Source: Vulcanimicrobiota bacterium
GTDB lineage: Bacteria; Vulcanimicrobiota; Vulcanimicrobiia; Vulcanimicrobiales; Vulcanimicrobiaceae
Assembly: GCA_963723515.1 (NCBI GenBank)
Contig: CAVRQT010000002.1
Location: 576,001 to 640,000 of the forward strand
DNA length: 64,000 nucleotides
Direction of reading: 5' to 3'
The notes under the pieces were generated by a model. That model was given only the letters and a program-made list of their open reading frames with translations, ran no database searches and was not told where the DNA came from. Shown here one piece after another: positions 22,172 to 35,380 of this stretch (positions are counted from its first letter, which is position 1; every line of letters begins with the position of its first letter). The position numbers and the translations under genes are program-made.

Positions 22172-23296
22172 GAATGCTTTCTTTATCGTCTGTGCCATCG
22201 CCGCGCTCGCGACGGTTCCGAGCGGCTGAGCATGCAGCCGTCATCGCCGCCGCTGCCAGCACCCTGTTCGAAAGCGTGCCGTTTATCCTTGCCGGAACAT
22301 TCGCGCGACGGCTCGTTACCGAAATGCGGCGAGACGCTTTCCGCGCTGCTCAATTGCGGTTGCATGCAGCGGTCCGGGCGCCCGTTCGTTGCCGGTCGCC
22401 GCGCTCACAATGTTGACGTTCGGGCCGCTGATTGCGGTCGTGCGGTTCATTGCGGCGTGGCTCATCGCGCCGGCGGCAACGACCGGTTTGCCGCGTGCCG
22501 CACATCTTCGGCGCTCTCTGAAGTCGCGACACTGCTTGCCGTATGCCGCGATCGGCAGCGTCTTAGCCGCTCACTGCGATTGTCGCTTCAGCGCACTGGT
22601 GCCAATTAGGCGGCGTCGCGATTGGCGCGGCGCTCGGCTTCTTTGCACCATGCACGCTCGGAGCGGTGGCATTCGCTGCGACGCTGCGTCATTTTTCGCT
22701 GCCCGCAGCGGCTCGCGATGCTCTGCGTCAGCGGAATTTGCGATTTTCGCTCGTTGAAACGAGAGCCGGCGGCCCTCGAGAAGCATGATGCCTTCGCCTA
22801 TGTGATTGCCGCGTTCGCTTGCGCTGCAATCGCTTCGGCGCACGGCGCTACGCTGTTGAACCCGCGTTTTACAATCGCGCTATGGGCATCGTCGGCGGCC
22901 TTGGTCGCGCTCGCGTACGTTCATCGCCACGCAAGAACGATGCATCTGCGCTGGGCGCCGATCGTCATGACGCTTGGAGCGCTCTTCAGCCACAGCGCGC
23001 CCTCATACACCATCACCGAAACGACCTTGAACGACGCCGCGCCCGGTGACGCAATCGTCTTTCGCGGCATCCTCGCGCGAGACGGCAACCACGACGCGCT
23101 CGTACGCTACGCCATTACATGCTGCCGGGCCGACGCGCAACCGGTTGTCGTGCGGCTCGAACATCCTTTACGAGAGCGGAGCGGCGATTGGTTCTCAGCG
23201 CGCGGAACGCTCGTCGGTGCTTCAACAGGCATCGCACTGCGAATCCGCCAGTATGAAAAAATTAACGCACCAAGCGACCCGTTCATCTACCGCTAA
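22170..23296 (+). CDS. Putative fusion of a DUF318-like permease with a DUF1980/TIGR03943-like domain, frameshifted
   Basis: Hydrophobic segments with ESVPFILAG and CGC; C-terminal RYAITCCRADA and PSDPFIY. Confidence 0.6.
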
Positions 23297-23307
23297 GGCG
23301 AGAGGAT

Positions 23308-23709
23308 CTATGCGGCTGCGCCGGCGCCTTTCGGCTCGAGAAGCTCCACCGAGATACCGTTCGGATCCTCGACAAATGCGATCGATCGACCGCCGCCCGG
23401 GGATTTCTTGACGTCTTGCAACACTTTGACGCCCTTCGATTTGAGTTCATCCATTACGCGCGGCAGATCGCCTTCCACTTCGATCGCGAGGTGTTCGTAG
23501 CGATTGCCGTGCTCGTACGGCGGATGATCTTCTAAATCGTAGACGAGCTCGATATACGAGGTCCAATCGTTACCCACAAACGCCATGTCGGCGTTGCCGG
23601 GATAATGAAATGGACCATCGAGCAATTTGAGTCCGAGTTTCCGTGTGTAGAAGTCGATCGACTCGTCCATGTTGTTGACGAAGATCGACGTATGTAAATA
23701 ACGAGGCAT
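23308..23709 (-). CDS. VOC family protein (lactoylglutathione lyase-like)
   Basis: YLHT, SIDFY, IEL, EHLAI and FVEDPNG-VEL metal-ligand pattern. Confidence 0.85.
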   Translation of the reverse strand: MPRYLHTSIFVNNMDESIDFYTRKLGLKLLDGPFHYPGNADMAFVGNDWTSYIELVYDLEDHPPYEHGNRYEHLAIEVEGDLPRVMDELKSKGVKVLQDVKKSPGGGRSIAFVEDPNGISVELLEPKGAGAAA

Positions 23710-23736
23710 CTCCTATCTCCTATCTTTTCGAGCACA

Positions 23737-25326
23737 CTAATGCAAGAAGTAGCGGCGGTTCGAGAAGACGAGCGCGATGCCGCCGCGATCGGCCGCCGCG
23801 ATCACTTCTTCGTCGCGGATCGAGCCTTCCGGAGCGATCACCGCTGCGCAAGACGCGCGCACCGCTTCCTCTAGCCCGTCTGCGAACGGAAAGAAACCAT
23901 CGCTTGCGCATGATGCGCCCTGCGCGAATTGACCGGCGCGTGTTGCTGCGATGCGCATCGCGCTAACTCGGTTCGTTTGTCCTGCGCAGATCCCGCGCGT
24001 CACGCCGTCGCGCACGACGACGACGCCGTTACTCTTCACATGTCGTACGACGTCCCAAGCGAACGCTAGATCGTGCCATTGTTCCGTCGTGGGCTGAACT
24101 TTTGAAACAACGCGCCACTGCTCCGGAGCGCTGTGCGGCTCGGCCTCCTCGGCGAGGACGCCGCCAAGCGCGCTACGCACGTGCAGTTCCTGCTGCAGAA
24201 CCGACGGCATCGCGCGACCGTACTGCATGATACGTAAGCTTTTCTTTTTTCGTAACAGAGCAAGCGCATCGTCGTCGAAGTCGGGCGCGGCGACGATCTC
24301 CAAGAAGAATTTCGCTGCCTCTTCGGCCGCCAGCCGATTGAACGGCTCATCCGCTGCGAGAATCCCACCGTAGGCAGAAATGGCGTCCGCCGAAAGCGCT
24401 TCATGAACGGCCTCACTAATTGAAACACGTTGCGCGACGCCGCAAGGCACCGTATGCTTCACGATGGCGACGCGCGCGAGCCGCTCCGGCGGACTTTCAA
24501 TCTCCGTGCCGAGCGGTGCGCGTGAAAGCATTCGCAGCGTTGCATCAAGATCGAGCAAGTTATTATACGAAAGCGCCTTCCCCCACAACTGTTCGGGCAA
24601 ATGGTGCGTCCGCGCGAGATAGAAGGCCGCGCGCGACCACGGATTTTCGCCGTAGCGTAACCGCTTGGCAAGCGGTAGGGTCAATTCCAGCGCGCCCGGC
24701 AACTCGCTCGGTAAGATTTCGCCGCGTCCGGACAGATAGTGCGCAATTGTCGCATCATACTCAGCGGTGCGCTCGAACGCGGCGATCGCAAAACGACGCC
24801 GCGCTTCAAGATCCGGACCTTCAGGAAGTGCTGCCGTAAACGCTCGATATTGCGCCGGGTCGCTCAGAACGGTAACGTCCGCAAAATTCTTCGCCGCGGC
24901 GCGCAAGAGCGCAACGCCGCCGATGTCGATCTGTTCGATCGCCTCGCTCAACGTTGCGCCGGCTCTGGCAATCGTCGCTTCGAACGGATAGAGATTGACC
25001 GCAATCACGGAAAAGAACGGTATATCGTGGACTTGCGCTTCATGCTGGTGCGCCTCTGATGTATGCTCGCCGAGAATGCCGCCGAAAATTTTTGGATGCA
25101 GCGTCTTCACGCGGCCGCCAAAGAGCGGCGGAAAGCCGGTAATTTCCTCGACTGTCGATGCCGGCACGCCGGCCTTGCTCAATTCTGCACGCGTGCCGCC
25201 GGTAGCATAGATTGCATATCCATTTTGCGATAGCGCCGTACCCAATTCGGCCGCATCGCGCTTGTCCGAAAGGGAGAGCAGCGCTGCTTTTCGCGCGCGC
25301 TCAGGCAATGGCGGCTTCGCGCTCAC
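23737..25326 (-). CDS. purH: Bifunctional AICAR formyltransferase/IMP cyclohydrolase
   Basis: GRVKTLHP, IDIGG, LRYGENP, HVKSN and ASDGFFPF motifs. Confidence 0.97.
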   Translation of the reverse strand: MSAKPPLPERARKAALLSLSDKRDAAELGTALSQNGYAIYATGGTRAELSKAGVPASTVEEITGFPPLFGGRVKTLHPKIFGGILGEHTSEAHQHEAQVHDIPFFSVIAVNLYPFEATIARAGATLSEAIEQIDIGGVALLRAAAKNFADVTVLSDPAQYRAFTAALPEGPDLEARRRFAIAAFERTAEYDATIAHYLSGRGEILPSELPGALELTLPLAKRLRYGENPWSRAAFYLARTHHLPEQLWGKALSYNNLLDLDATLRMLSRAPLGTEIESPPERLARVAIVKHTVPCGVAQRVSISEAVHEALSADAISAYGGILAADEPFNRLAAEEAAKFFLEIVAAPDFDDDALALLRKKKSLRIMQYGRAMPSVLQQELHVRSALGGVLAEEAEPHSAPEQWRVVSKVQPTTEQWHDLAFAWDVVRHVKSNGVVVVRDGVTRGICAGQTNRVSAMRIAATRAGQFAQGASCASDGFFPFADGLEEAVRASCAAVIAPEGSIRDEEVIAAADRGGIALVFSNRRYFLH

Positions 25327-28300
25327 GATCGAACTCGACCGAAACGATCGTGCTGACGCCTGGTTCTCCCATCGTCACGCCGTAGAGCCGATCCGCAAGC
25401 TCCATCGTTTTCTTGTTATGCGTCACCAAGATGATCTGCGAATCGCCCGCGAGCTCGCGAACCATGGTCGAAAAGCGGTCGATGTTCATGTCATCCAACG
25501 CCGCGTCAACCTCATCGAGCAGATAGAAGGGCGCGGGCCGCACTTGGATCAAGGCGAATATCAGCGCTGCCGAAACCATCGCGCGTTCTCCGCCGGAGAG
25601 TGCGGAAAGCGGCATCATCTTCTTGCCCGGCGGCTGAACAGAGAGCTCCACGCCCGTTTCCGAAAGATTCTCCGGATTCGTTTGCCACATCGTAGCCTGG
25701 CCGCCGGGGAAGAGACGGCGATAGACCTCCGAAAATGCCCGCGCAACCGCTTCGAACGTCTCGTTGAACTGCGCTTGCGTCGACGCTTCGATTTCTCGAA
25801 TCACTTCGAGCAGCGTTTCGCGCGCCTGTCGTAAGTCGTCAAGCTGGGTCCCGAGGAATTTTTCGCGTTCGCCCACCTCCTCACGCTCCGTTTCCGCGTT
25901 GAGGTTGACGTTGCTGGAGAGTCGCGCGAGCTCATCGCGCAGCCGCGGCACTTCAGCGGTGAAATCGCCTTCCTGATCGCGATACCGTTGCGCAACTTCG
26001 GCACACTCATCTTCGGTCGCCGGATTCTGCGCGAATTGAGAAACAAGCATGCCGAGCTCGGCTTCGATTTCGGCCATGCGCGTACGCTGCGCTTCGCCGC
26101 CTTGCTGAACTTCACGCTCCTCGAGCTCTGCGCTGCGCAGATCGCTCTCCAATCGGAGCGTTCGTGCCGATGCTGCCTCGCGTTCTTTGCGGCTCGACTC
26201 GAACGCGGCGTCGTCCTTACGAACGCCGGCGCGCAGATCGAAAAGCGAGCGTTCGAATTGCTCCGCTTTGGCGCGCAGCGACGCAATTTCCGCAGAAAGC
26301 GTCGCGCGCGCCGCCTGCGATCGATCCCGATCGGCGTCCAGCAAGCCCAGCCGCGCAATGCTTGCGTCACGCTCCGTCGTCGAAGCGGCGTAGCGCTCGC
26401 GTAAATTCGCGAGTTCCGCAACGACCGTAGAGTGCGATCCTTCAGCCGCTCTGAGAACGCTGCGCGCTTGCGTCAGCGCGCGCTCCAAATCTTCGGGCGG
26501 CCGGCGCTCAGTTTCGCCTGGCCTGACTTGCAGTTCGTGCTCGCGCGCGTAGAGCGCCTCGAGTTCCGCATGCAAGGCGGTTACTCGATCTTTGGCCGCT
26601 GCAAAATCTTCATGCAGCCGATCGGCGTTGACCGACAACGCAGCAACCTCCGCACGCAGTTCGGCCACAGCACGTTCGTTTGCGCCCATGCGCTGGAGCG
26701 AGGCATCGCGCTCAGCGGCTGCATTTTCGTTCCGTTCACGGGCGCGCCGAACCGCAAGCTCCCGCTCTTGCAGCTCCGCCTGCATCTGCGGCAAGCGCTC
26801 GCGCAACGCGTTTGCGTGCACGCGCCGCGAGAGAATGTGGCGCTCACGCTTATGCCGGCCACCTGTAATTGCGCCGCCGCCGAAGATTTGCTCTCCGGAG
26901 AGCGTGACGATCGTGTCGCGCACGCCATCCTTGCGTGTTAAGCGAATACCCGTCCGCAAACCGTCGACGATTAAGACCGCTCCCACCAAGAAGGCAATGA
27001 TACCGCCATATTGCGGTTTCGAGCGTACGAGCGTATGCGCGTAACCGATCACTCCGTCGATTGCGCGCAGCTGCGGCGTCAACGTCTTGCCGGTTCGCTC
27101 GCCGAGCGTGTCGAGCGGCAAGAACGTCGCTCGACCCGCCTCATGACGCATCAAGTGTTCGATCCCGCGCTCCGCATCTTCGGACGTGCGCGTAACGATA
27201 TTCGAAAGACGCGGTCCAAGTGCGACGTCGAGCGCACGCGCATACGGTTCATCAACCGAGATCAGATCCGAAATGATGCCTTCAATCCCGCGCAATGCGC
27301 CCTGCTGCCACGCTTCGACGATGGCGCGAGCGCCAGGGACATGACCTTCGAGCGCCGCTTCCAACTCCTCGAGCGTATGCAGTCGTGACGTCATCGACGC
27401 GACTTCACTTTGAAATTCCCGATGCGCCGTTTGCGCACTGAAGAGCTCCTCCGATGCGGCTCCCGACGTACGATCCGCGTCTTCAGCGCGCCCACGCAAA
27501 TCGAGTTGTTGCATCTCGAGCGCATCGAGCTTCGCGCGGCGCTCGGACAGCCGGTGCTTTTCTGCGCCTGCGGCGATCTCTAACGCCTCGCGACGCTCCA
27601 GCGCCGCTCGAATCTCCGCATTTAAGCGTTCCGCCTGTTCGCGAATGTTTTGCATGAGAACGCGGCGCTCGGCCGTGCGCGCCGCCACATCCGCCGCGGA
27701 CGCGCCTTGTTCTCGCAGCGCCTCCAAGATACGGTCCAGATCGCTGCGCGCTTCTCTCACTGCGGCTTGCGCAGTCGTTTCGCGCTCGCGCGCGCGTTCG
27801 AGCTCCGCTTCGAGCGGCGCATGGCGCGCCTCGAGCTCCTTAATCGTGGCCTCTAATTGTTCACGATCCGCGGCCGCACGGTTCACATCTTGCGAGGTCG
27901 CGCTGCTCTGGCTCTCGAGCGCATCCCGCCGTGCGACTGCGGCAGCCAACTCTGCTTCGAGTTTGGCAATTTCGTCACGCTGCGAGGCAAGTCGCGCGCG
28001 CTGTTCCTCGAGCGTGAGTTCACCCTGATAACTCAAGCGCCGCTGCTCGGCGAGCTGCGCGCTCAGCGTCGCGATTCTTGTAGCCGCTCCGCTACGCAGC
28101 TCGTCATGGCGCTCGAGCTCATGGCGCAGCCGCTCGCGTTCCTCGCGGCGCGAGGCGCTGGCGCGAAGATATGAGACGATCTCGAGGTCGCGCAGTCGCG
28201 CGCTGACTTTACGATAGCGCTTCGCGCGGCGCACTTGCGTGTCGAGTTCGGGAATGCGGCGCTCCAATTCGGCGATTAAATCGGAGACGCGAATGGCGTT

Positions 28301-28858
28301 GACTTCCGTCTGCTCGAGGCGCCGCAGCGATTCGTTCTTGCGCGCCAGAAACTTGTTGATCCCCGATGTCTCTTCAAAGAGCGTGCGCCGATCTTGCGGT
28401 TTGCTCGTCAAAATCGCATCGACCTGACCTTGCGAAACGATCGCATAGGAGCCGGGGCCAAGGCCGGTCCCCATCAGAAGATCGTGGATGTCTCGCAATC
28501 GAACGTGGTTGCGATTGATGTAGTATTCGATCTCGCCGGCGCGATACGCGCGGCGTGTGATTTGCACTTCCCGATATTCCGTCGGTAAGCGGCCATCCGT
28601 ATTATCGAAGGTAACCGACACTTCCGCCAGGCCGAGCGGCTTGCGTTTGTCGTTCCCGGCAAAGATCACATCTTCCATCTTGCCGGAACGCAGGCTCTTC
28701 GAGGATTGCTCGCCGAGCGCCCACCGAAACGCGTCGACGAGATTCGATTTGCCGGAGCCGTTGGGGCCGACGATTGCCGTCACGCCGCCGCCAAAATCAA
28801 GCGACGTCGGCTCGGCAAATGTCTTAAAGCCGAAGGCCTTGACGTTGCGCAGTTTCAA
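25301..28858 (-). CDS. smc: Chromosome segregation protein SMC
   Basis: GPNGSGKSN Walker A, coiled coils, GRATFLPL hinge, LSGGE and LDEVDAALD; 1185 aa. Confidence 0.98.
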   Translation of the reverse strand: MKLRNVKAFGFKTFAEPTSLDFGGGVTAIVGPNGSGKSNLVDAFRWALGEQSSKSLRSGKMEDVIFAGNDKRKPLGLAEVSVTFDNTDGRLPTEYREVQITRRAYRAGEIEYYINRNHVRLRDIHDLLMGTGLGPGSYAIVSQGQVDAILTSKPQDRRTLFEETSGINKFLARKNESLRRLEQTEVNAIRVSDLIAELERRIPELDTQVRRAKRYRKVSARLRDLEIVSYLRASASRREERERLRHELERHDELRSGAATRIATLSAQLAEQRRLSYQGELTLEEQRARLASQRDEIAKLEAELAAAVARRDALESQSSATSQDVNRAAADREQLEATIKELEARHAPLEAELERARERETTAQAAVREARSDLDRILEALREQGASAADVAARTAERRVLMQNIREQAERLNAEIRAALERREALEIAAGAEKHRLSERRAKLDALEMQQLDLRGRAEDADRTSGAASEELFSAQTAHREFQSEVASMTSRLHTLEELEAALEGHVPGARAIVEAWQQGALRGIEGIISDLISVDEPYARALDVALGPRLSNIVTRTSEDAERGIEHLMRHEAGRATFLPLDTLGERTGKTLTPQLRAIDGVIGYAHTLVRSKPQYGGIIAFLVGAVLIVDGLRTGIRLTRKDGVRDTIVTLSGEQIFGGGAITGGRHKRERHILSRRVHANALRERLPQMQAELQERELAVRRARERNENAAAERDASLQRMGANERAVAELRAEVAALSVNADRLHEDFAAAKDRVTALHAELEALYAREHELQVRPGETERRPPEDLERALTQARSVLRAAEGSHSTVVAELANLRERYAASTTERDASIARLGLLDADRDRSQAARATLSAEIASLRAKAEQFERSLFDLRAGVRKDDAAFESSRKEREAASARTLRLESDLRSAELEEREVQQGGEAQRTRMAEIEAELGMLVSQFAQNPATEDECAEVAQRYRDQEGDFTAEVPRLRDELARLSSNVNLNAETEREEVGEREKFLGTQLDDLRQARETLLEVIREIEASTQAQFNETFEAVARAFSEVYRRLFPGGQATMWQTNPENLSETGVELSVQPPGKKMMPLSALSGGERAMVSAALIFALIQVRPAPFYLLDEVDAALDDMNIDRFSTMVRELAGDSQIILVTHNKKTMELADRLYGVTMGEPGVSTIVSVEFDREREAAIA

Positions 28859-29544
28859 GCTTGGATGAGCACCCTGCGCAGTGCAGCCGCCGCAGCTTCT
28901 TGCTGCGCTGCGCGTTTCGAGTGTCCGACGCCGGTGCCGAGCAACTGCCCTTTCACGCTGACAAAGGACGTGAAGCGGCGCGCGTGTGGCGGTCCTTCGG
29001 CATCTTCACGGTAGCTTGGCGTGCAGGCGTAGTGCTGTTGCGTAAACTCTTGTAGCACGGTCTTCGGATCTTCCAAAGCCGCGGGGTCCACGTGCGCAAT
29101 GTGTTCGCTTTCAACGAACCGTTGCGCGACGTCGAATCCAAAACGCAAGCACAGTGCGGCGATAAACGCTTCGAAGGTGCTGCCGAGAACCGAAACGCGT
29201 TCCGCGACGCCGGCGGCGCGCGCCGGCGCATCAACCTGAATCACCTCGCTGAATCGAAGACGCTGCGCCGTTTGCGCGAGAACACGGTCGTTCACGATTG
29301 CGGCTTTGCGGCGTGAGAGCTCCCCTTCGCGATCTTGCGGATAGCGTTCGTACAGCCAGCGCGAGACGATGAATCCGAGAATCGCATCGCCCAAAAACTC
29401 AAGGCGTTCGTTTGAAAGTGCACCGACCGCACGCGCCGCGCTTTCATGAAGAAACGCTTCCTCTACAAGCTCGATTGCTTTCGGATCGACTTCGGCGCGT
29501 TTGAGCAAGGCGCGCAGGCGTCGCCGGCGTGCTTCCCCCGGCAA
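28855..29544 (-). CDS. rnc: Ribonuclease III
   Basis: NERLEFLGDA, and a dsRBD with DPKTVLQE, GPPH and SKRAAQQ. Confidence 0.96.
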   Translation of the reverse strand: MPGEARRRRLRALLKRAEVDPKAIELVEEAFLHESAARAVGALSNERLEFLGDAILGFIVSRWLYERYPQDREGELSRRKAAIVNDRVLAQTAQRLRFSEVIQVDAPARAAGVAERVSVLGSTFEAFIAALCLRFGFDVAQRFVESEHIAHVDPAALEDPKTVLQEFTQQHYACTPSYREDAEGPPHARRFTSFVSVKGQLLGTGVGHSKRAAQQEAAAAALRRVLIQA

Positions 29545-29547
29545 GAA

Positions 29548-30814
29548 CTAAGCGGCAGCCTTTCGGAACGCGAGAACGCTATTGTGACCGCCGAAACCGA
29601 ACGAGTTTGAAAGCGCGACGTTGACGGTTGCGCGGCGCGCCATATTTGGGACGTAGTCGAGCGTGCACTCGGGGTCGGGATATTCGTAGTTGATCGTCGG
29701 AGGCAGCGTGTCGTTGTAAATTGCGAGCACGGTTGCCACCGCTTCGACCGCCGCAGCCGCGCCGAGCGCGTGTCCGATCATCGATTTGTTTGAACTGACG
29801 GCTACCCGATTGCCGAACACGCGTTCGATCGCTTGCGATTCCGCAACATCACCCTGCGGCGTCGACGTGCCGTGCGCGTTGATGTAGTCGACCTCAGCGG
29901 CATCGAGCCCCGCATTGCGCAGCGCACGGCGGAGCGCAAGCTCCGCGCCGTAGCTCTCGGGATCCGGTGCGACGATGTTGTAGGCGTCGGACGATTGCCC
30001 CGAAGCCAGGACTTCAGCATACATCCTCGCGCCCCGCGAGCGCGCCGCTTCATACTCCTCGAGCACGAGGACGGCAGCGCCTTCCCCGAGCACAAAGCCG
30101 TCACGCTCGCGATCCCATGGCCGGCTGGCTCGCGTCGGATCATCGTTGCGTGTCGAGAGCGCCTTCATCGAACAAAATCCGCCGAGCGCTAGCGGCGAGA
30201 CAGTCGCTTCGGCGCCGCCTGCGAGCATCGCGCGCGCATCGCCGCGTGCAATCATGTTGTACGCCATCGCGAGACTGTCGTTCGAGCTGGCGCACGCACT
30301 CGCGGTCGTGAAGGAGGGGCCGCGAAAACCGTAATGCATCGAGATGTGCGCGGGCGCTGCGTTTCCCATCAGCATCGGGATGAAAAACGGTGTGATCTTG
30401 CTCCAGGTGCCTTCTTTGTGCGCCTTATTCGAAGCCGCTTCGAAGCTCAGAATGCCGCCGATCCCGGTTCCCATCAGGACGCCGACCTCTTCGCGAAATT
30501 CGCGATCTTCCGGAAACCGTGCATCCTGCACGGCCTCCTGCGCCGCAATCAGCGCGAGCTGCGCGAAGCGGTCCATACGGCGGGCTTCGCGGCGTCCGAG
30601 GAGACTCTCGGCATTGAAATCTTTGACTTCCGCTGCAAAGCGCGTTGGGAAATCGCTCGCATCAAATGCCGTGATGGGGCGCGACACCGCTTTCGCCGGC
30701 GACCAAGCGCCTCCAGTATTCGTCATGCGTGTTTCCGAGCGGGGTGATGGCGCCTAAACCGGTGACGACGACGCGGTTGACCGCTGATGCATTTCGGGAG
30801 ACCGGACGGTCCAA
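29548..30814 (-). CDS. fabF: Beta-ketoacyl-ACP synthase II, frameshift near 30680
   Basis: RVVVTGLGAITPLG in the upstream frame; ACASS, NAHGTST, KSMIGH and NSFGFGG motifs. Confidence 0.96.
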
Positions 30815-30918
30815 AACCCCTCGAAGTTACGGCCGTGCCAACCCGGCCCCTGCCCACTGCGATCGTGCGAACATGCTCGCGCTGCAATCCGTTTATTTGG
30901 TAGTTCGGAGGAAAATGT

Positions 30919-31299
30919 ATGCGCAGGATGCTTTCAGTGACGGTGGCGGCCGTAACGCTCGCAACGCTGACTTCTCTCGGCCTGCCATCAATCCGGCCCG
31001 CGCTCGCACGAGATCATGATGATTACGCAAGCGCTTCGAATTGCGTCAATCCGGCCGGACACATCCGCGGCCGGTGCCGACACGCGAATCCGCAGGGTGC
31101 CGCCCTTGCCGGCCGAGTCGTTTCAATCGGCGGTCCGCTCGTGCAGTTCCGACGCAACAGCGGACGGCTCATCACACTCGACCAGCAACCATTGCTTGCC
31201 GCTGGAGTCCCGCTGCTTTTAGGTCGGTACTACTCGCTGCGCGGCTATTGGTCGAACGGACTCTTCTATGCGACGACGATCCGAAGCTGGACGTATTAG
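30919..31299 (+). CDS. Hypothetical secreted protein
   Basis: GGAGG RBS, signal-peptide-like N-terminus ending ALA, CVNPAGH motif, OB-like beta-rich C-terminus. Confidence 0.6.
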   Translation: MRRMLSVTVAAVTLATLTSLGLPSIRPALARDHDDYASASNCVNPAGHIRGRCRHANPQGAALAGRVVSIGGPLVQFRRNSGRLITLDQQPLLAAGVPLLLGRYYSLRGYWSNGLFYATTIRSWTY

Positions 31300-31313
31300 G
31301 ACGGCCCGAAGGG

Positions 31314-31343
31314 TTGCCAATAGCGCCGCGCATCTGCTAAACT
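31314..31343 (+). promoter_or_regulatory. Sigma70-type promoter of rpmA (nearly leaderless)
   Basis: TTGCCA-18 nt-TAAACT with TG extension, 9 nt before the ATG; no SD. Confidence 0.65.
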
Positions 31344-31352
31344 CGGCGGGCT

Positions 31353-31628
31353 ATGTTCCGCTTTGATCTGCAGCTCTTCGCCTCAAAGAAGGGCGCGGGC
31401 TCGACCCGCAACGGACGCGACTCGAACGCCCAGCGTTTGGGCGTCAAGCGTTTCGGCGGCGAGCGTGTGAGAGCGGGCAACATTATCGTCCGCCAGCGCG
31501 GCACGCATTTCTCCGCCGGCGACGGCGTCGGGATCGGAAAAGATCACACGCTCTTCGCCTTAGTTGACGGAACGGTCGAGTTCGCCGACCAACGCAATCG
31601 TAAGCACGTTCACGTTCGGGCCGCGTAG
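31353..31628 (+). CDS. rpmA: 50S ribosomal protein L27 with N-terminal extension
   Basis: [29 protein letters not shown] and GKDHTLFAL motifs. Confidence 0.98.
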   Translation: MFRFDLQLFASKKGAGSTRNGRDSNAQRLGVKRFGGERVRAGNIIVRQRGTHFSAGDGVGIGKDHTLFALVDGTVEFADQRNRKHVHVRAA

Positions 31629-31631
31629 TAG

Positions 31632-33557
<1,926 letters not shown>

Positions 33558-33571
<14 letters not shown>

Positions 33572-33956
33572 AACGATCTTGCTTTCGGTCGCAATGGCCC
33601 TTTCAGGCTGCCAAGCCGCCTCATCAACACTCGCCGACGCCCAACGCGTTTGCGCGAGCGGCGCCTCGCATACCGAGGTGCACATTTCCGGAACGGTTGC
33701 GCGCTATCTGGGAACGCGTTCCTCCGAAAGCGGCGAGCACGAGGGTTTCTTAGTGCGAGCAGCCGGCTCAACGACGAACGTGCTCATCGAAGACAACGTC
33801 GACATCACCGGCTTCATTCCGATGCGCCGCGGCGATCTCGTGGAGTTGCAAGGGCAATATGAATGCAACGACGGTGTCATCCATTGGACGCATCACGATC
33901 CGTCGGGCCGCCACGCCACTGGTTACCTTGTTATCAATGGGCGTCGATTTCAGTGA
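33558..33956 (+). CDS. DUF3465-like lipoprotein
   Basis: LSGC lipobox; GQYE..GVIHWTHHDP.GRH.GYL. Confidence 0.8.
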
Positions 33957-34552
33957 AAAGAGAAATCGTTTTGGCAAGCGCATCGCCGCGTCGCTTGGAA
34001 TTGCTGCGCTCTATTGGATTTGAGGTGCGTGTCGTGCCGAGCCGTTACGATGAACCGGCACGCGATGATCTCACGCCGCGCGAGCTTGCGATCGTGCATG
34101 CGCGGGAGAAGGCGCGCGACGTTGCGCTACGTTTGCCCAAAGCACTGATCGTTGCTGCCGACACCGTCGTGGACCTCGACGGGAAAGCGCTCGGGAAACC
34201 GAAGGACGCCGCCGATGCGCGGCGGATGCTGCGCGCGCTCTCCGGTCGCGCCCACGACGTCCATACCGCCTTCACCGTGATCGATCCGACATCGACGATG
34301 CCGCAACATGGGATCGAAACGACGCGGGTTTGGTTCTACGATCTGAGCGCTGAAGAGATCGAGACCTATGTCGCTACCGGTGACCCGCTTGACAAAGCAG
34401 GCGCCTACGGCATCCAAGGAACCGGCGCAACACTCGTCCGGCGAGTGGAAGGCGATTTTTACACCGTGATGGGCTTCCCGCTCGGACGTTTCACGCGCAT
34501 GCTCTCGGGGTTGGGTTTGTCACCGAACGGAGCGAAACAGACTAGTTCTTAA
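33953..34552 (+). CDS. maf: Maf nucleotide pyrophosphatase
   Basis: LASASPRR, ADTVV, GKP and DKAGAYGIQ motifs. Confidence 0.96.
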   Translation: MKREIVLASASPRRLELLRSIGFEVRVVPSRYDEPARDDLTPRELAIVHAREKARDVALRLPKALIVAADTVVDLDGKALGKPKDAADARRMLRALSGRAHDVHTAFTVIDPTSTMPQHGIETTRVWFYDLSAEEIETYVATGDPLDKAGAYGIQGTGATLVRRVEGDFYTVMGFPLGRFTRMLSGLGLSPNGAKQTSS

Positions 34553-34573
34553 CCAGCGACTTTAGCGAGGCTG

Positions 34574-35380
34574 ATGTTTACCTACCGGGAAGAACGCCGT
34601 CTCTTTGCGATCCTGAGCCTGATCATCGTCGCGGCGTTGGTCGCATTGATTCAGGTTGGTGCGGCCCGCAACGGCACGGTCAGCCCCCTTTCCGCAGTCG
34701 TCGATTCAGTTGGCGCGCTCTTTGAGGCGACGATCGGTTCTGCGGCGATCGCAGCGCGTGGTGGTATGGAAACGCTCGCGCGAACGCCGCACCTGCTGCG
34801 AGAAAACACGCAGCTAAGAGCCCAAAACGCCCATCTGAACCGCGAGAATGCGCAACTGCACGAAGCGCTGGCCGCGGCGGTTCAACAACAGAAAATGGCG
34901 CCGCTTCTCTCTGCTGAACCACATGCGATCTCCGCGCGCGTTATCGGCTTTCCCCCTGAAAACGAGGTACAAAGCGTCACGATCAACCGCGGCGCGCGCG
35001 ACGGTGTCCATCGCGACGACGGCGTCGTCAATGGAGACGGCGTCGTCGGCAGAGTTGCAGAAGCCACGCCGTTCGTCAGCAAGATTGTCTTGATCAGCGA
35101 TTATACGAGCAGCGTGCCTGCGATGATTGAAGGCGGCCGTTGGTGGGGCATTGCCAAAGGAAACATCTCGAGCGTGCGCATGGAGTACATCGCGCAAGAC
35201 GCACCGATTCAGGTCGGCGACCGCGTCGTCACCGGAGAAGCGCGATCGTTTCACTCCGGTCAACTGATTGGAACGATCGAGCGGATCGAACGCAGCCCGA
35301 CCGGACTCTATCAAACGGCGATCGTTCGTCCGGCCGCAGACTTAAATAGTCTTGACCGTCTTGCAGTTATCCCGAAGTAA
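34574..35380 (+). CDS. mreC: Rod shape-determining protein MreC
   Basis: N-terminal TM, coiled coil, INRGARDGV, GVVGRV and GDRVVT; synteny. Confidence 0.92.
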   Translation: MFTYREERRLFAILSLIIVAALVALIQVGAARNGTVSPLSAVVDSVGALFEATIGSAAIAARGGMETLARTPHLLRENTQLRAQNAHLNRENAQLHEALAAAVQQQKMAPLLSAEPHAISARVIGFPPENEVQSVTINRGARDGVHRDDGVVNGDGVVGRVAEATPFVSKIVLISDYTSSVPAMIEGGRWWGIAKGNISSVRMEYIAQDAPIQVGDRVVTGEARSFHSGQLIGTIERIERSPTGLYQTAIVRPAADLNSLDRLAVIPK

